A DNA stretch of 58,759 nt, taken from contig JAGLLX010000009.1 of NCBI GenBank assembly GCA_023140255.1, positions 1 through 58,759 on the forward strand, in the 5' to 3' direction. The position numbers and the translations under genes were made by a program. This document shows positions 14,607-22,990 of this stretch, piece by piece. Numbering within the stretch: the first letter of the stretch is position 1; each line of letters starts with the position of its first letter. A model generated the notes under the pieces. It saw nothing but the letters and a program-made list of their open reading frames with translations. It did no database searches and was not told where the DNA came from. The stretch comes from Minisyncoccota bacterium (GTDB lineage: Bacteria > Patescibacteriota > Minisyncoccia > Phycocordibacterales > UBA12079).

Positions 14607-15005
14607 ATGAATTTAATTTATATAATAATTGCCGCAATCATTGGCTATATAATCGGAAAAAATAATTCTTCCAAAACTTCTCAATCACAAATAAGTCCTT
14701 TTGAAGAAATGGACGACACTGAATTAGAAAAGATGCAGACTAAGACAAAAGAAACCATCTCACAAAGAACTGAAGAACGAAAAGAAAAAATACTGGAATA
14801 TATAAAAAAAGAAAAAGCTCATCAAGAAGCTCTGGCTAACTGTAGTATAGAAGAAAGAAAAGAAGGAGTTGATCGTAAAGAAATAGAAGACCTACTAGAC
14901 ATATCAAGAAGTACCGCTTTAAAATATCTAAACGAATTAGAAAAGGAGCAAAAAATCACCCAATCCTCCCCCACCGGCCGCACCGTCCATTATACTATTA
15001 ACTAA
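14607..15005 (+). CDS. Hypothetical TM protein with a C-terminal winged-helix-like segment
   Basis: ATG at 14607 (the track start is TTG at 14568); MNLIYIIIAAIIGYIIG TM, charged coiled region, ISRSTALKYLNELEKEQKI HTH-like. Confidence 0.5.
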   Translation: MNLIYIIIAAIIGYIIGKNNSSKTSQSQISPFEEMDDTELEKMQTKTKETISQRTEERKEKILEYIKKEKAHQEALANCSIEERKEGVDRKEIEDLLDISRSTALKYLNELEKEQKITQSSPTGRTVHYTIN

Positions 15006-15015
15006 ATAAGGTAAT

Positions 15016-16098
15016 TTATTTTCCAGATTTTCTTCTATTACATTCTTTGCATAACATCTGACAATTTTCAGAAACAGTCTTTCCTCCTTCATGCCAAGGT
15101 GTTATATGATCTGCTTCCATTTCTTCTATCCCAAAATGATCTTCACATTTCGGACAAATACCTTTTTGTTTTTCGTATGTCTCTCTCTTTTGTTTATCTG
15201 TAAAAGCACGAATATTTAAGTATTTTTCGTTTTTAGTTAAAACATATTCATAAATGCCTGATTTTTTAGATACATCTTCATCTTGCATCAATTTTGTTAT
15301 TTCTTCTTCCAGTTTCTTTGAATTTATTTTTTTATTTTTAAATTCATTGTATAAAATTCCAAAGGGAACACCTTTCATTTCTTTACGATATTCAGGAAAA
15401 ACAGCTTTTATCCAATTTACAACACTTTGAAAATATAACCATAATTCATTTGCATTTGGTTCGTGCTGATGTTTTGACATATAATCTTCAATATTTTCAT
15501 TAGAAATCCACTTGATAGCAGTTTCTAAGTAATCTTGACGAATTGGTGAACCTTTCAAATAATCACTTGCTATAGAATGAGCAGGACAACCTGATTTACT
15601 AAAATGTCTTTTTGCATCAGTTAGCCAAGTTCCTGTATAAATAGCATTTCTTAATTCCTGATCAGTTAGTTTTTCCCCTGCTATATTTATAATTTTAAAC
15701 CAATCCAATTTTTCTTTATCATTCCCTTCACAAAAATATATCATCAATTTATAGTCAAGAATCTGTTCTTTTTCAGTATCTTCAAGATTATGAAAATATT
15801 GAAAATCTATGGAAAAATTACCTTCAATATATTCACATAAACTTATTGTTCGTTGCTGCCCGTCTAATACTTCAAAAGTATCATCTTCGTTTTTTACCCA
15901 ATACATCACATTAAGAGGAAAATCTTTTCTTGTGGTTTCAATTACAGCATCTCTTTGTTTGTCCTTATATATAAATTCTCGTTGGTATTTTGGACGAATA
16001 TTTAATTTTCCATTATATCCAACAACCCCCTCCTCATTATTATTTACATAACCATTCACGACTTCTCTAATTGAAATTTCTTTAAGTTCTATTTTCAT
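15016..16098 (-). CDS. DUF262 (ParB/GmrSD N-terminal-like) plus HNH endonuclease
   Basis: KYQREF and VLDGQQRTISL DUF262 motifs; C-terminal CPKC...DHITPWHEGGKT..NCQMLCKECNRRK HNH/zinc motif. Confidence 0.82.
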   Translation of the reverse strand: MKIELKEISIREVVNGYVNNNEEGVVGYNGKLNIRPKYQREFIYKDKQRDAVIETTRKDFPLNVMYWVKNEDDTFEVLDGQQRTISLCEYIEGNFSIDFQYFHNLEDTEKEQILDYKLMIYFCEGNDKEKLDWFKIINIAGEKLTDQELRNAIYTGTWLTDAKRHFSKSGCPAHSIASDYLKGSPIRQDYLETAIKWISNENIEDYMSKHQHEPNANELWLYFQSVVNWIKAVFPEYRKEMKGVPFGILYNEFKNKKINSKKLEEEITKLMQDEDVSKKSGIYEYVLTKNEKYLNIRAFTDKQKRETYEKQKGICPKCEDHFGIEEMEADHITPWHEGGKTVSENCQMLCKECNRRKSGK

Positions 16099-16102
16099 AA
16101 AT

Positions 16103-17185
16103 TTATATTTTCTTATTTTTAATAATTATACGAGCATAAGGGGCTATAAGATATTTACTATTATCACTTACATAGTGTATCACTCCAACTGGCTTTATTT
16201 TAGTTTCAAATGCTAAAACACAATTTATGGCATTACCGTTTTTTTCTGAACCATCTTTCATAACCTTTTTAGGATTTATATAGTCTTTAGTAGGAGTAAA
16301 ATTATTACGACTATTTCCAAGTGCAACTATTTCAAACTGTTCGGGGTTGTATTTATCCATAAAAGTAATTGGTACACCTATTGCACCTTTGTAGTCCATA
16401 GGAATGTTTTTTGTTATATCAACATTTATCGCATTATAATTATCATATTTAGGATAATCACTTTCATTTCCGTAATATTCTTTATATAGAATTAAATCAT
16501 CATGACGATCTTTATAATCCAAATTAGTAAACCAACGAACTCCTTTAACTCTGATATATTTATTTCCATTTTCATCAATTCTATTTCCAGCAGAATTCAA
16601 TGGATAATATTCTGGAACTCTAAACTCCCTATCCCCACTATGTATACTCTGACCAAACCAAATCTTTTCTTCTTTAACTAGTTTAAAGATTTCTTTATAG
16701 GTTAAGGCGTTTAAGTTTCCTATAATAATAAATTTTTTATTATATTCAAATAATTGAGCTACATATTCTCTAAATAAAGAAAAAGGTGGATTAGTTATCA
16801 CAATATCAGCTTCTTTTAAAATTTTTATACATTCAGGGCTTCTGAAATCCCCATTTTGCTTTAATTTAGTTTTAACAGTGTCCAATTTATTTATTTTCCC
16901 ATCCTTGTTTATATCTTTTACAATTTCTAATTTATATGAAGGTTTTTCTTTTTCAAAATGAGTAGATACTAATTTCTTTAAATCAAGATGTTCAAAATTT
17001 TCAGAAAAATATTTCCAAAAATGACTTTCTTCTGGGTCATCACAATTTAGGAAAATAATTTTACCTTTAAAATATGCTTTGTAATGGACTAATTCTTTCT
17101 CAATATCAGATAATTGAGTGTAAAATTCATCCTTTTTTGCCTTACTCGCTTTTTTTAAATTTTTGTTTGAAGATTTGTTTACCAT
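16103..17185 (-). CDS. N6-adenine DNA methyltransferase (EcoRI-methylase-like family)
   Basis: N-terminal KAKKDEFYTQLSDIEKEL, catalytic IVITNPPFSLF (NPPF); 4-nt gap to the nuclease gene. Confidence 0.8.
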   Translation of the reverse strand: MVNKSSNKNLKKASKAKKDEFYTQLSDIEKELVHYKAYFKGKIIFLNCDDPEESHFWKYFSENFEHLDLKKLVSTHFEKEKPSYKLEIVKDINKDGKINKLDTVKTKLKQNGDFRSPECIKILKEADIVITNPPFSLFREYVAQLFEYNKKFIIIGNLNALTYKEIFKLVKEEKIWFGQSIHSGDREFRVPEYYPLNSAGNRIDENGNKYIRVKGVRWFTNLDYKDRHDDLILYKEYYGNESDYPKYDNYNAINVDITKNIPMDYKGAIGVPITFMDKYNPEQFEIVALGNSRNNFTPTKDYINPKKVMKDGSEKNGNAINCVLAFETKIKPVGVIHYVSDNSKYLIAPYARIIIKNKKI

Positions 17186-17222
17186 AGATTTCTAATTATT
17201 CTCTTATATTTTATCATATACT

Positions 17223-17232
17223 CCCCCCCCCC
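17223..17232. repeat. C10 (G10 on the coding strand) homopolymer upstream of the methyltransferase gene
   Basis: Read directly as ct cccccccccc ataat; lies 38-47 nt upstream of the ATG at 17185. Confidence 0.9.
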
Positions 17233-17269
17233 ATAATATAATTTATCCATATTAATTATTAATTCCTAA

Positions 17270-17983
17270 CTATTTTTCATATCCTACACATTCACTAAGT
17301 CCTTTTGTTTTAATACAATTTTTAAAACTTGTTAGATTTTGTTCAGAAATATCTTTAATATTATCTATATTTAAATCTACCTCTTTTTTATTATAATATT
17401 TTTCATCTAACTGTCTATTTTTTTGATTTAAACTATCATTATACCCAATATAAGTCATAACAAAACCACTAAAAAATAGAATAATTGGAACAACATAAAT
17501 ATACCAACTATGGAATAACCCCTCTTTTTTTATAGTGGCATTTAATATAAAAATAAACAATACTAGAGCCCCTAAAATAAATGAAATTATACCTAAAACA
17601 AAAAAAGGCGACGATTCTGATTTAAAAATCTGAACACTAAAAGAAATAAAAGTAAATAAAGAAACAAAAATCCCTAATGTTTCTATATTTTGATCTTTTG
17701 TTTCTTGTATTTTGTCAATTTGCTCTGCTATTTCCTCTTTTAAATCGTTAACAGAATTATCTATTTTTTCTTTTGTTTCTTCTTTAATTTGACTTAACTT
17801 AGTATCTGTTTCTTTTTTGTATAATTTTAAAGTATTATTAAGCCCTTTCTGTGAATAAATACTATCCAGTAGAGTCTTCTTATATATTTCAACAACTTTT
17901 TCTGCTTCAGTATCATTTTCACTTCTTGGCTGCCCTCCTGTATCGTCAGTTAGTTTTTCAGCTTCAATTTTATCTTCATTCAT
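17270..17983 (-). CDS. Hypothetical coiled-coil protein with three C-terminal TM helices
   Basis: 237 aa; charged heptad-like N-terminal half, then GIFVSLFTFISFSVQIF, FFVLGIISFILGALVLFIFIL, WYIYVVPIILFFSGFVMTYIGY. Confidence 0.6.
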   Translation of the reverse strand: MNEDKIEAEKLTDDTGGQPRSENDTEAEKVVEIYKKTLLDSIYSQKGLNNTLKLYKKETDTKLSQIKEETKEKIDNSVNDLKEEIAEQIDKIQETKDQNIETLGIFVSLFTFISFSVQIFKSESSPFFVLGIISFILGALVLFIFILNATIKKEGLFHSWYIYVVPIILFFSGFVMTYIGYNDSLNQKNRQLDEKYYNKKEVDLNIDNIKDISEQNLTSFKNCIKTKGLSECVGYEK

Positions 17984-17994
17984 AATCGATATAG

Positions 17995-18648
17995 TTATTT
18001 ACCAAAAATCAAAAAGTTATTAGTCTCTTTGTCAAACTCGACTAGAAAACTTAAAATATCTTCTGAATTAAATTCATTTATATTTTTAGTTTCAAGCAAA
18101 GTATTGATATCTCTAGTCAAAACAATGCCATCTTTTTTACCAGTCACTCCTTTTCCAGTAAAAAATCCATTTGAAAAATGTTCAATATTATTACACTCAT
18201 AACTATAAATGCTTTTTTGTTTACTGATTCTTATGTTTATTTCTTTAAAATCTTCTTCTTTAAATTTAGTATTTAAATTATTCTTTAAATCATCAAAACC
18301 ACCTTCAATAAAAAAGGTTTTAACAAAACCCACCCTATTTATTTGAATACTTGAACTCCCGATCAAAAAATTAGAAATAGCTTCTATATATGTTGATGTT
18401 TTTTCTATATTACTTTCAAAAAATAAATCTAAACGATTTTTTGCAACACTAATATTAAAGCCTTCTAAATTCATATTAAGTCGAGGTATTTCACTAGGAG
18501 CATTACTTGGAAGTGGTATTGATTGAGTTTCTTTATAATCATCTTCATCTATTAAATCTTTCAACCCTTTTGTAAAATCTACGAAATCACCGTTGAAATC
18601 ATTCTTAAAAAATAAAGCAAATTGTATTTTTGTAATTCTTTTATCCAT
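17995..18648 (-). CDS. Hypothetical protein (no family recognised)
   Basis: 217-aa ORF, 9-11 nt gaps to both neighbours, which suggests an operon. Confidence 0.6.
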   Translation of the reverse strand: MDKRITKIQFALFFKNDFNGDFVDFTKGLKDLIDEDDYKETQSIPLPSNAPSEIPRLNMNLEGFNISVAKNRLDLFFESNIEKTSTYIEAISNFLIGSSSIQINRVGFVKTFFIEGGFDDLKNNLNTKFKEEDFKEINIRISKQKSIYSYECNNIEHFSNGFFTGKGVTGKKDGIVLTRDINTLLETKNINEFNSEDILSFLVEFDKETNNFLIFGK

Positions 18649-18657
18649 AATTTTATT

Positions 18658-19041
18658 TTAATTTTTATTTTCTCTAAATTCTTTTATATATACGTGATAA
18701 CCAAATGAGTGTAAGGAATCAGCCAAAAAAGAAGCTACTTCACTGCTATTTGTAAATCTTTTTGAAGAATTAATCCTATATTCTCCTGATGGTAATCTAT
18801 TTATTACACCTGTTTTACACAACTGATCTTCAACTTCACTAAAACAAGGTTCATCATAGCCTTCGCCGCTACTATTAGATTCATACGATTGAGCTTTTAT
18901 AATATAATCACCTTGTTCCCCAGTAGTTTTACTACCTGAAGAAGAATTTGAATTTGTTTCCACTGATAATAATAAACCCCCTGGTTGATTAATCCAAGTA
19001 GTTGAGTCGTTTTCATTTATTGAGATTGTTATATTTGGCAT
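18658..19041 (-). CDS. Hypothetical protein with a Ser/Asn-rich N-terminal half
   Basis: 127-aa ORF, first gene of the tight three-gene unit. Confidence 0.5.
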   Translation of the reverse strand: MPNITISINENDSTTWINQPGGLLLSVETNSNSSSGSKTTGEQGDYIIKAQSYESNSSGEGYDEPCFSEVEDQLCKTGVINRLPSGEYRINSSKRFTNSSEVASFLADSLHSFGYHVYIKEFRENKN

Positions 19042-19061
19042 AATTTTTATTTTATTAATTT

Positions 19062-19119
19062 ATAATAGAGAGTATTTTTAATAGAAACATTAAAAAATAA
19101 TTTCATTACTCTCTATTAT
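19062..19119. other. 13-bp perfect inverted repeat with a 32-nt loop between the protease gene and the orphan operon
   Basis: ataatagagagta ... tactctctattat. Confidence 0.6.
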
Positions 19120-19163
19120 ACCATAAAAACTGTTAAATTGCAAGCTTTTTGTATTAAATAATT

Positions 19164-20189
19164 TTATTCCCACCCTTGATTACTAACTTTCCACATAGTT
19201 TGTTCCTGTGGAACTTGAATTGGTCCGGCAGGTGTTTGTTGAGTTACGTTAACTGAACCTTTTTTAAAGCCAATAGTTAATCCAAAATAATTTGAAATAT
19301 CTGCATTTTCTATATAAGCTAACTTATAATCTTTATTAACTTCATGGTGTCCCTCAATTTCTACATCTGGATTCCAAGCTTTTCCTAATCCCATATCTTT
19401 AGAATACTCTTCATATAACTCTGTCATTGTATCAGCTAATTCTTTTTCAGCATTTACCACTGTTTTTAACCCTAAATCTTCTTTAGCTTCTTTCCTTCCA
19501 ATAAAATATTGATGTGAATATAATTTCTCTGTAAAATATTCAACTACCTTGTTAACTTCTTCTTCTTTCATTGGTGTATTATGACTTTTTAAAAGCCTTT
19601 CTGCTAATCGTCTAATTAAATTATGAGTTCTGTTTACATTACCCAAAGCCAAAGGATGAATTTGTGGTTCTGATTCTATGAATTTATTAAATATTTTTGT
19701 TAAATCTTCATCATTTTTAATTCCAAATTTTGATTTTGCTAAATCAAAATATGCCAAAACATCTTCCACTGAAATTGGGATCTTACCTTGTGGGTTTTTA
19801 GGATCTTGTGGGTTAAAAGCGTTAGCAGTTGATGGATCTATTGGAGAAATTTCTGATAAATCAGACATAACAATTTCATCAGCTCCTAGAGAAATCATGG
19901 TTGCTGCACTATGAGCTTTATAAGGGACAACTACTGAAAACTTATCACAATATTCTCTTATCATTGAAACTAATCTCCAAGGAACCATGGTATCTCCCCC
20001 AGTACTATAAAGCACTAAATCAATATTTTCTACTTTTCCTATTTCTCTTAATTGTTTAGAAATTATAGGAATAATATCCATAGCTACACGAGCGTTAAGG
20101 GGTCCTTGTCTGTCACTGGTTACATAAGTAATAACTTTTGAATTTCTTAATTGCTCTATTTTTTTTATTAAAGTTTTTCTTTCAGACAT
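19164..20189 (-). CDS. ClpP/crotonase-fold serine protease of the SDH (serine dehydrogenase proteinase) / SppA-like type
   Basis: VITYVTSDRQG..., LVLYSTGGDTMVPWRL, and KAHSAATMISLGADEIVM (candidate nucleophile Ser) match the S49/SDH pattern; ~150-aa C-terminal extension. Confidence 0.75.
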   Translation of the reverse strand: MSERKTLIKKIEQLRNSKVITYVTSDRQGPLNARVAMDIIPIISKQLREIGKVENIDLVLYSTGGDTMVPWRLVSMIREYCDKFSVVVPYKAHSAATMISLGADEIVMSDLSEISPIDPSTANAFNPQDPKNPQGKIPISVEDVLAYFDLAKSKFGIKNDEDLTKIFNKFIESEPQIHPLALGNVNRTHNLIRRLAERLLKSHNTPMKEEEVNKVVEYFTEKLYSHQYFIGRKEAKEDLGLKTVVNAEKELADTMTELYEEYSKDMGLGKAWNPDVEIEGHHEVNKDYKLAYIENADISNYFGLTIGFKKGSVNVTQQTPAGPIQVPQEQTMWKVSNQGWE

Positions 20190-20264
20190 ATTTTTGATAA
20201 ATTTAATTATTAAAACCTATGTATTATATTCTACCACACCCCACTAATTTATATAAACCCCACA

Positions 20265-21599
20265 TCAACGCTTAGCAAAATAATCCATAGGATTTAGATA
20301 AGCGTCTAAGGGAGCATAGGCAACAGTTACCTTTTTACAGCCTCTACTCCAAGTGTATAAGTCAATTTTTACCGCACTTTTATCAAAAACAGAGAAATGT
20401 AAATGAGGTCCTGTTGAGTAGCCTGTATTTCCACTATAACCAATAACATCTCCAGCTTTTACTGTTTGTCCAGGGATTGCTTTAATTAAAGATAAGTGGG
20501 CATAAAAGCTTGATAAACCGTTATTATGGTCTATAAGAACCCATTTTCCGTAAGAAACACAACCAGGATAAGCATCCATATTTTCAGAATATCTTACAAC
20601 ACCATCTGCTGTAGCTAACAGTGGAGTTCCTATTGATACACCGAAGTCTACCCCTCTATGAGGATTGGGATTTCCATTTTTGTCATAACCATAAGCCCCA
20701 CTTAGAGCAAAAGGAGTTAATCCAAAATATTGGGTAATTCTAGGATTATCAACAGGATAAGTAAGAGCTCCACTTCCTTTTTTAGGAAGTCTCCCTTTAT
20801 CTAATGTATATTCAAGTTGGGCTTCAAATTCTCTTAATTCTGTTTGAAGTTTTTGTTGTAAGGCTAGTTTTTCATCTAAAATATCTTGAAAATTAGATTC
20901 TTTATTTTTTGTAGTTGTAAGTAGTACGTTCTTAGTTTCTTTTGTGTTTTCTATAATTTCTTTTTGATCAGCTAGCTCAACTTTATATTCAATTAAATTA
21001 TCTTTTTGAACTTCGGAATCTTCTTTGTCTGTTTCTAGTTCAATTTTTAATTTTTTAAGAGTATTAGTTTTTAATTGAAGTTCACTCTGAATTTTTTGTA
21101 ATCCTTCTAAATCATTCCAGAAATTGGACATAGATTCATTTTTTAAGACATTCTCTAATATTGTATAAGATTCTTGTTCATGAATAGACCTGATAGATTC
21201 AGCTAAAGCTAAAGATGTCAGCTCTATATCTGATTTTTTGGTTTCTATATCAAGTCCTAATTTTTCAATTTTTAAACCGGAACTATAAATTTGATTAGTA
21301 GTTAAGTTTATATTTGTTTTTAATTTTTTTTCAGTTGTATTTAAGTAATGTATTTCATTACTTAAACTTTTCTTTTCTTTTCCAACTATTTCTAATTCTT
21401 CTTCCCATAACTGAATTTCTCCTTCTAGTTTTAGCATTTCAGATCCTTTTTCAGCGATTTGAGTTGTAAGCCTTTCTATATCAGAAGCATTCCCAAAATC
21501 AACAGGAAGAATTAATCCCAAGAAAAGTATTATACAAATTACTTGAGGATAATACCCCAGAGCATTATTTTTTAGTTGAATTAATTTTTTCAATAACAT
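20265..21599 (-). CDS. Coiled-coil M23 family metallopeptidase (EnvC-like murein hydrolase)
   Basis: N-terminal TM, long coiled coil, C-terminal HRGVDF ... GPHLHF LytM motifs. Confidence 0.85.
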   Translation of the reverse strand: MLLKKLIQLKNNALGYYPQVICIILFLGLILPVDFGNASDIERLTTQIAEKGSEMLKLEGEIQLWEEELEIVGKEKKSLSNEIHYLNTTEKKLKTNINLTTNQIYSSGLKIEKLGLDIETKKSDIELTSLALAESIRSIHEQESYTILENVLKNESMSNFWNDLEGLQKIQSELQLKTNTLKKLKIELETDKEDSEVQKDNLIEYKVELADQKEIIENTKETKNVLLTTTKNKESNFQDILDEKLALQQKLQTELREFEAQLEYTLDKGRLPKKGSGALTYPVDNPRITQYFGLTPFALSGAYGYDKNGNPNPHRGVDFGVSIGTPLLATADGVVRYSENMDAYPGCVSYGKWVLIDHNNGLSSFYAHLSLIKAIPGQTVKAGDVIGYSGNTGYSTGPHLHFSVFDKSAVKIDLYTWSRGCKKVTVAYAPLDAYLNPMDYFAKR

Positions 21600-22920
21600 A
21601 GGTTAATCTTTTAATTGTTTCTTCTTGTCCTAGAACTTCTGAAAGAAGAAACGGGTCAGGAGATTTATCTTTTCCTGATAAGGCATAACGAATGGGCCAA
21701 AGTATAGAGCCTCTGCCCTTTTCTGAAGCATAATCCCATATACTTTCTTTAATTTTTTCAGCCGAAAATTCTTTAACTGATTCTATTAACTGAATACTTT
21801 TTTCTATTCTAGTTTTTAATAAATTTAAATCATTTTCGTCTTTCCAAAATATTTTTTCTAATTCATATTCTGGTTGTTCAAAATAATAATCCAAGTCTCC
21901 CTCTTCAAGCATTATTATAACATCTTCAAATTTTTCAATCCGTTCTTTGATTATAGGTAAGATTTTATTAAATAATTTATCATTTTCTTTAATTTTATTT
22001 CCAAACTCTTTCGGCAAAAATTCCAAAACTTTGATTTTAAAATCTGCTTCAGTCATTAATTTTATATATTCTTTATTTATCCAATTTAATTTTTCTATAT
22101 TAAAGACAGCTCCACTTTTATGAACTTTTTTTATATCAAATTTTTCAATTAATTCTTCCAAGCTAAAAATTTCTTGTTCATCTTCTGGGCTCCATCCTAA
22201 TAAAGCTAAGTAATTTATAATAGCTTCTTGTAAATAACCCTTTTCCTTGTATTCATCAATAGAAATAGCTCCAAATCTTTTAGACATTTTTGACTTATCA
22301 GGAGCCAAAATTAAAGGTAAATGAGCATAAATAGGTCGTTTAGCTCCAATTGCTTCTTGAATTAAAATTTGTCTAGGAGTATTTGATATTCCGTCTTCTC
22401 CTCTAATTACATGACTCACTTCACTTTCAAAATCATCAACTACTACTGCTAAGTGATAAAGAGGATCACTTAAACTTTTAGCAATTACGAAATCACCTAA
22501 TTCTGTTGTGTCAAATTTTATTTCTCCACGAACTAAATCTTGAAAAATAATTTCTTTATTTGGGTTCTTGAAACGAATTACTTTTTTATCTCCATCTTTA
22601 TTTTCCTCTGCTTCGTATGCAAAACCATCCTTAATCATTTTTTCTAGATATTTTTCATAAAGCTCTGTTTTTTCTGACTGACGAGAAATTTCTCCATCAT
22701 AATCTAACCCTAGCCACTTTAATCCTTCTATGATATTTTTTTCAAATTCTTCTTTTGACCGTTCTCTATCAGTATCTTCAAGACGAAATAACATTTTTCC
22801 ATTATTTTGTTTTGTAAAAAGATAATTAAATAAAGCTGTTCTGGTTGTTCCAATATGAAGTAACCCAGTTGGAGACGGCGGTAATCTAGTTATTACATTA
22901 TTAATTATTTCTTTGTTCAT
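21565..22920 (-). CDS. gltX: Glutamate--tRNA ligase
   Basis: PSPTGLLHIGTTRTALFNY (HIGH) and KMSKRFG motifs; ATG at 22920 preferred over the TTG at 22929. Confidence 0.93.
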   Translation of the reverse strand: MNKEIINNVITRLPPSPTGLLHIGTTRTALFNYLFTKQNNGKMLFRLEDTDRERSKEEFEKNIIEGLKWLGLDYDGEISRQSEKTELYEKYLEKMIKDGFAYEAEENKDGDKKVIRFKNPNKEIIFQDLVRGEIKFDTTELGDFVIAKSLSDPLYHLAVVVDDFESEVSHVIRGEDGISNTPRQILIQEAIGAKRPIYAHLPLILAPDKSKMSKRFGAISIDEYKEKGYLQEAIINYLALLGWSPEDEQEIFSLEELIEKFDIKKVHKSGAVFNIEKLNWINKEYIKLMTEADFKIKVLEFLPKEFGNKIKENDKLFNKILPIIKERIEKFEDVIIMLEEGDLDYYFEQPEYELEKIFWKDENDLNLLKTRIEKSIQLIESVKEFSAEKIKESIWDYASEKGRGSILWPIRYALSGKDKSPDPFLLSEVLGQEETIKRLTYVIEKINSTKK

Positions 22921-22950
22921 TTTATTCAAGTTTTTAATTAAACAGATTTA

Positions 22951-22990
22951 TCCCGTTAGAGATACTTTTAATAAAGTGTCTCTAATGGGA
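22951..22990. repeat. TCCCGTTAGAGAT-family inverted repeat
   Basis: tcccgttagagatac ttttaataaa gtgtctctaatggga, between the murG stop and the gltX start. Confidence 0.6.

Noticed and set aside
19062-19119. The 13-bp inverted repeat between the protease gene and the orphan operon as a standard intrinsic terminator
   Set aside because: The loop is 32 nt and no T-run follows on the minus strand. It may be an operator or processing site instead, so it is recorded only as an inverted repeat.
21565-21599. The 35-nt overlap of the M23 peptidase start with the gltX 3-prime end as a special recoding feature
   Set aside because: Short overlaps are common in compact genomes, and the peptidase may also start at a downstream codon. 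Nothing unusual appears in the sequence.
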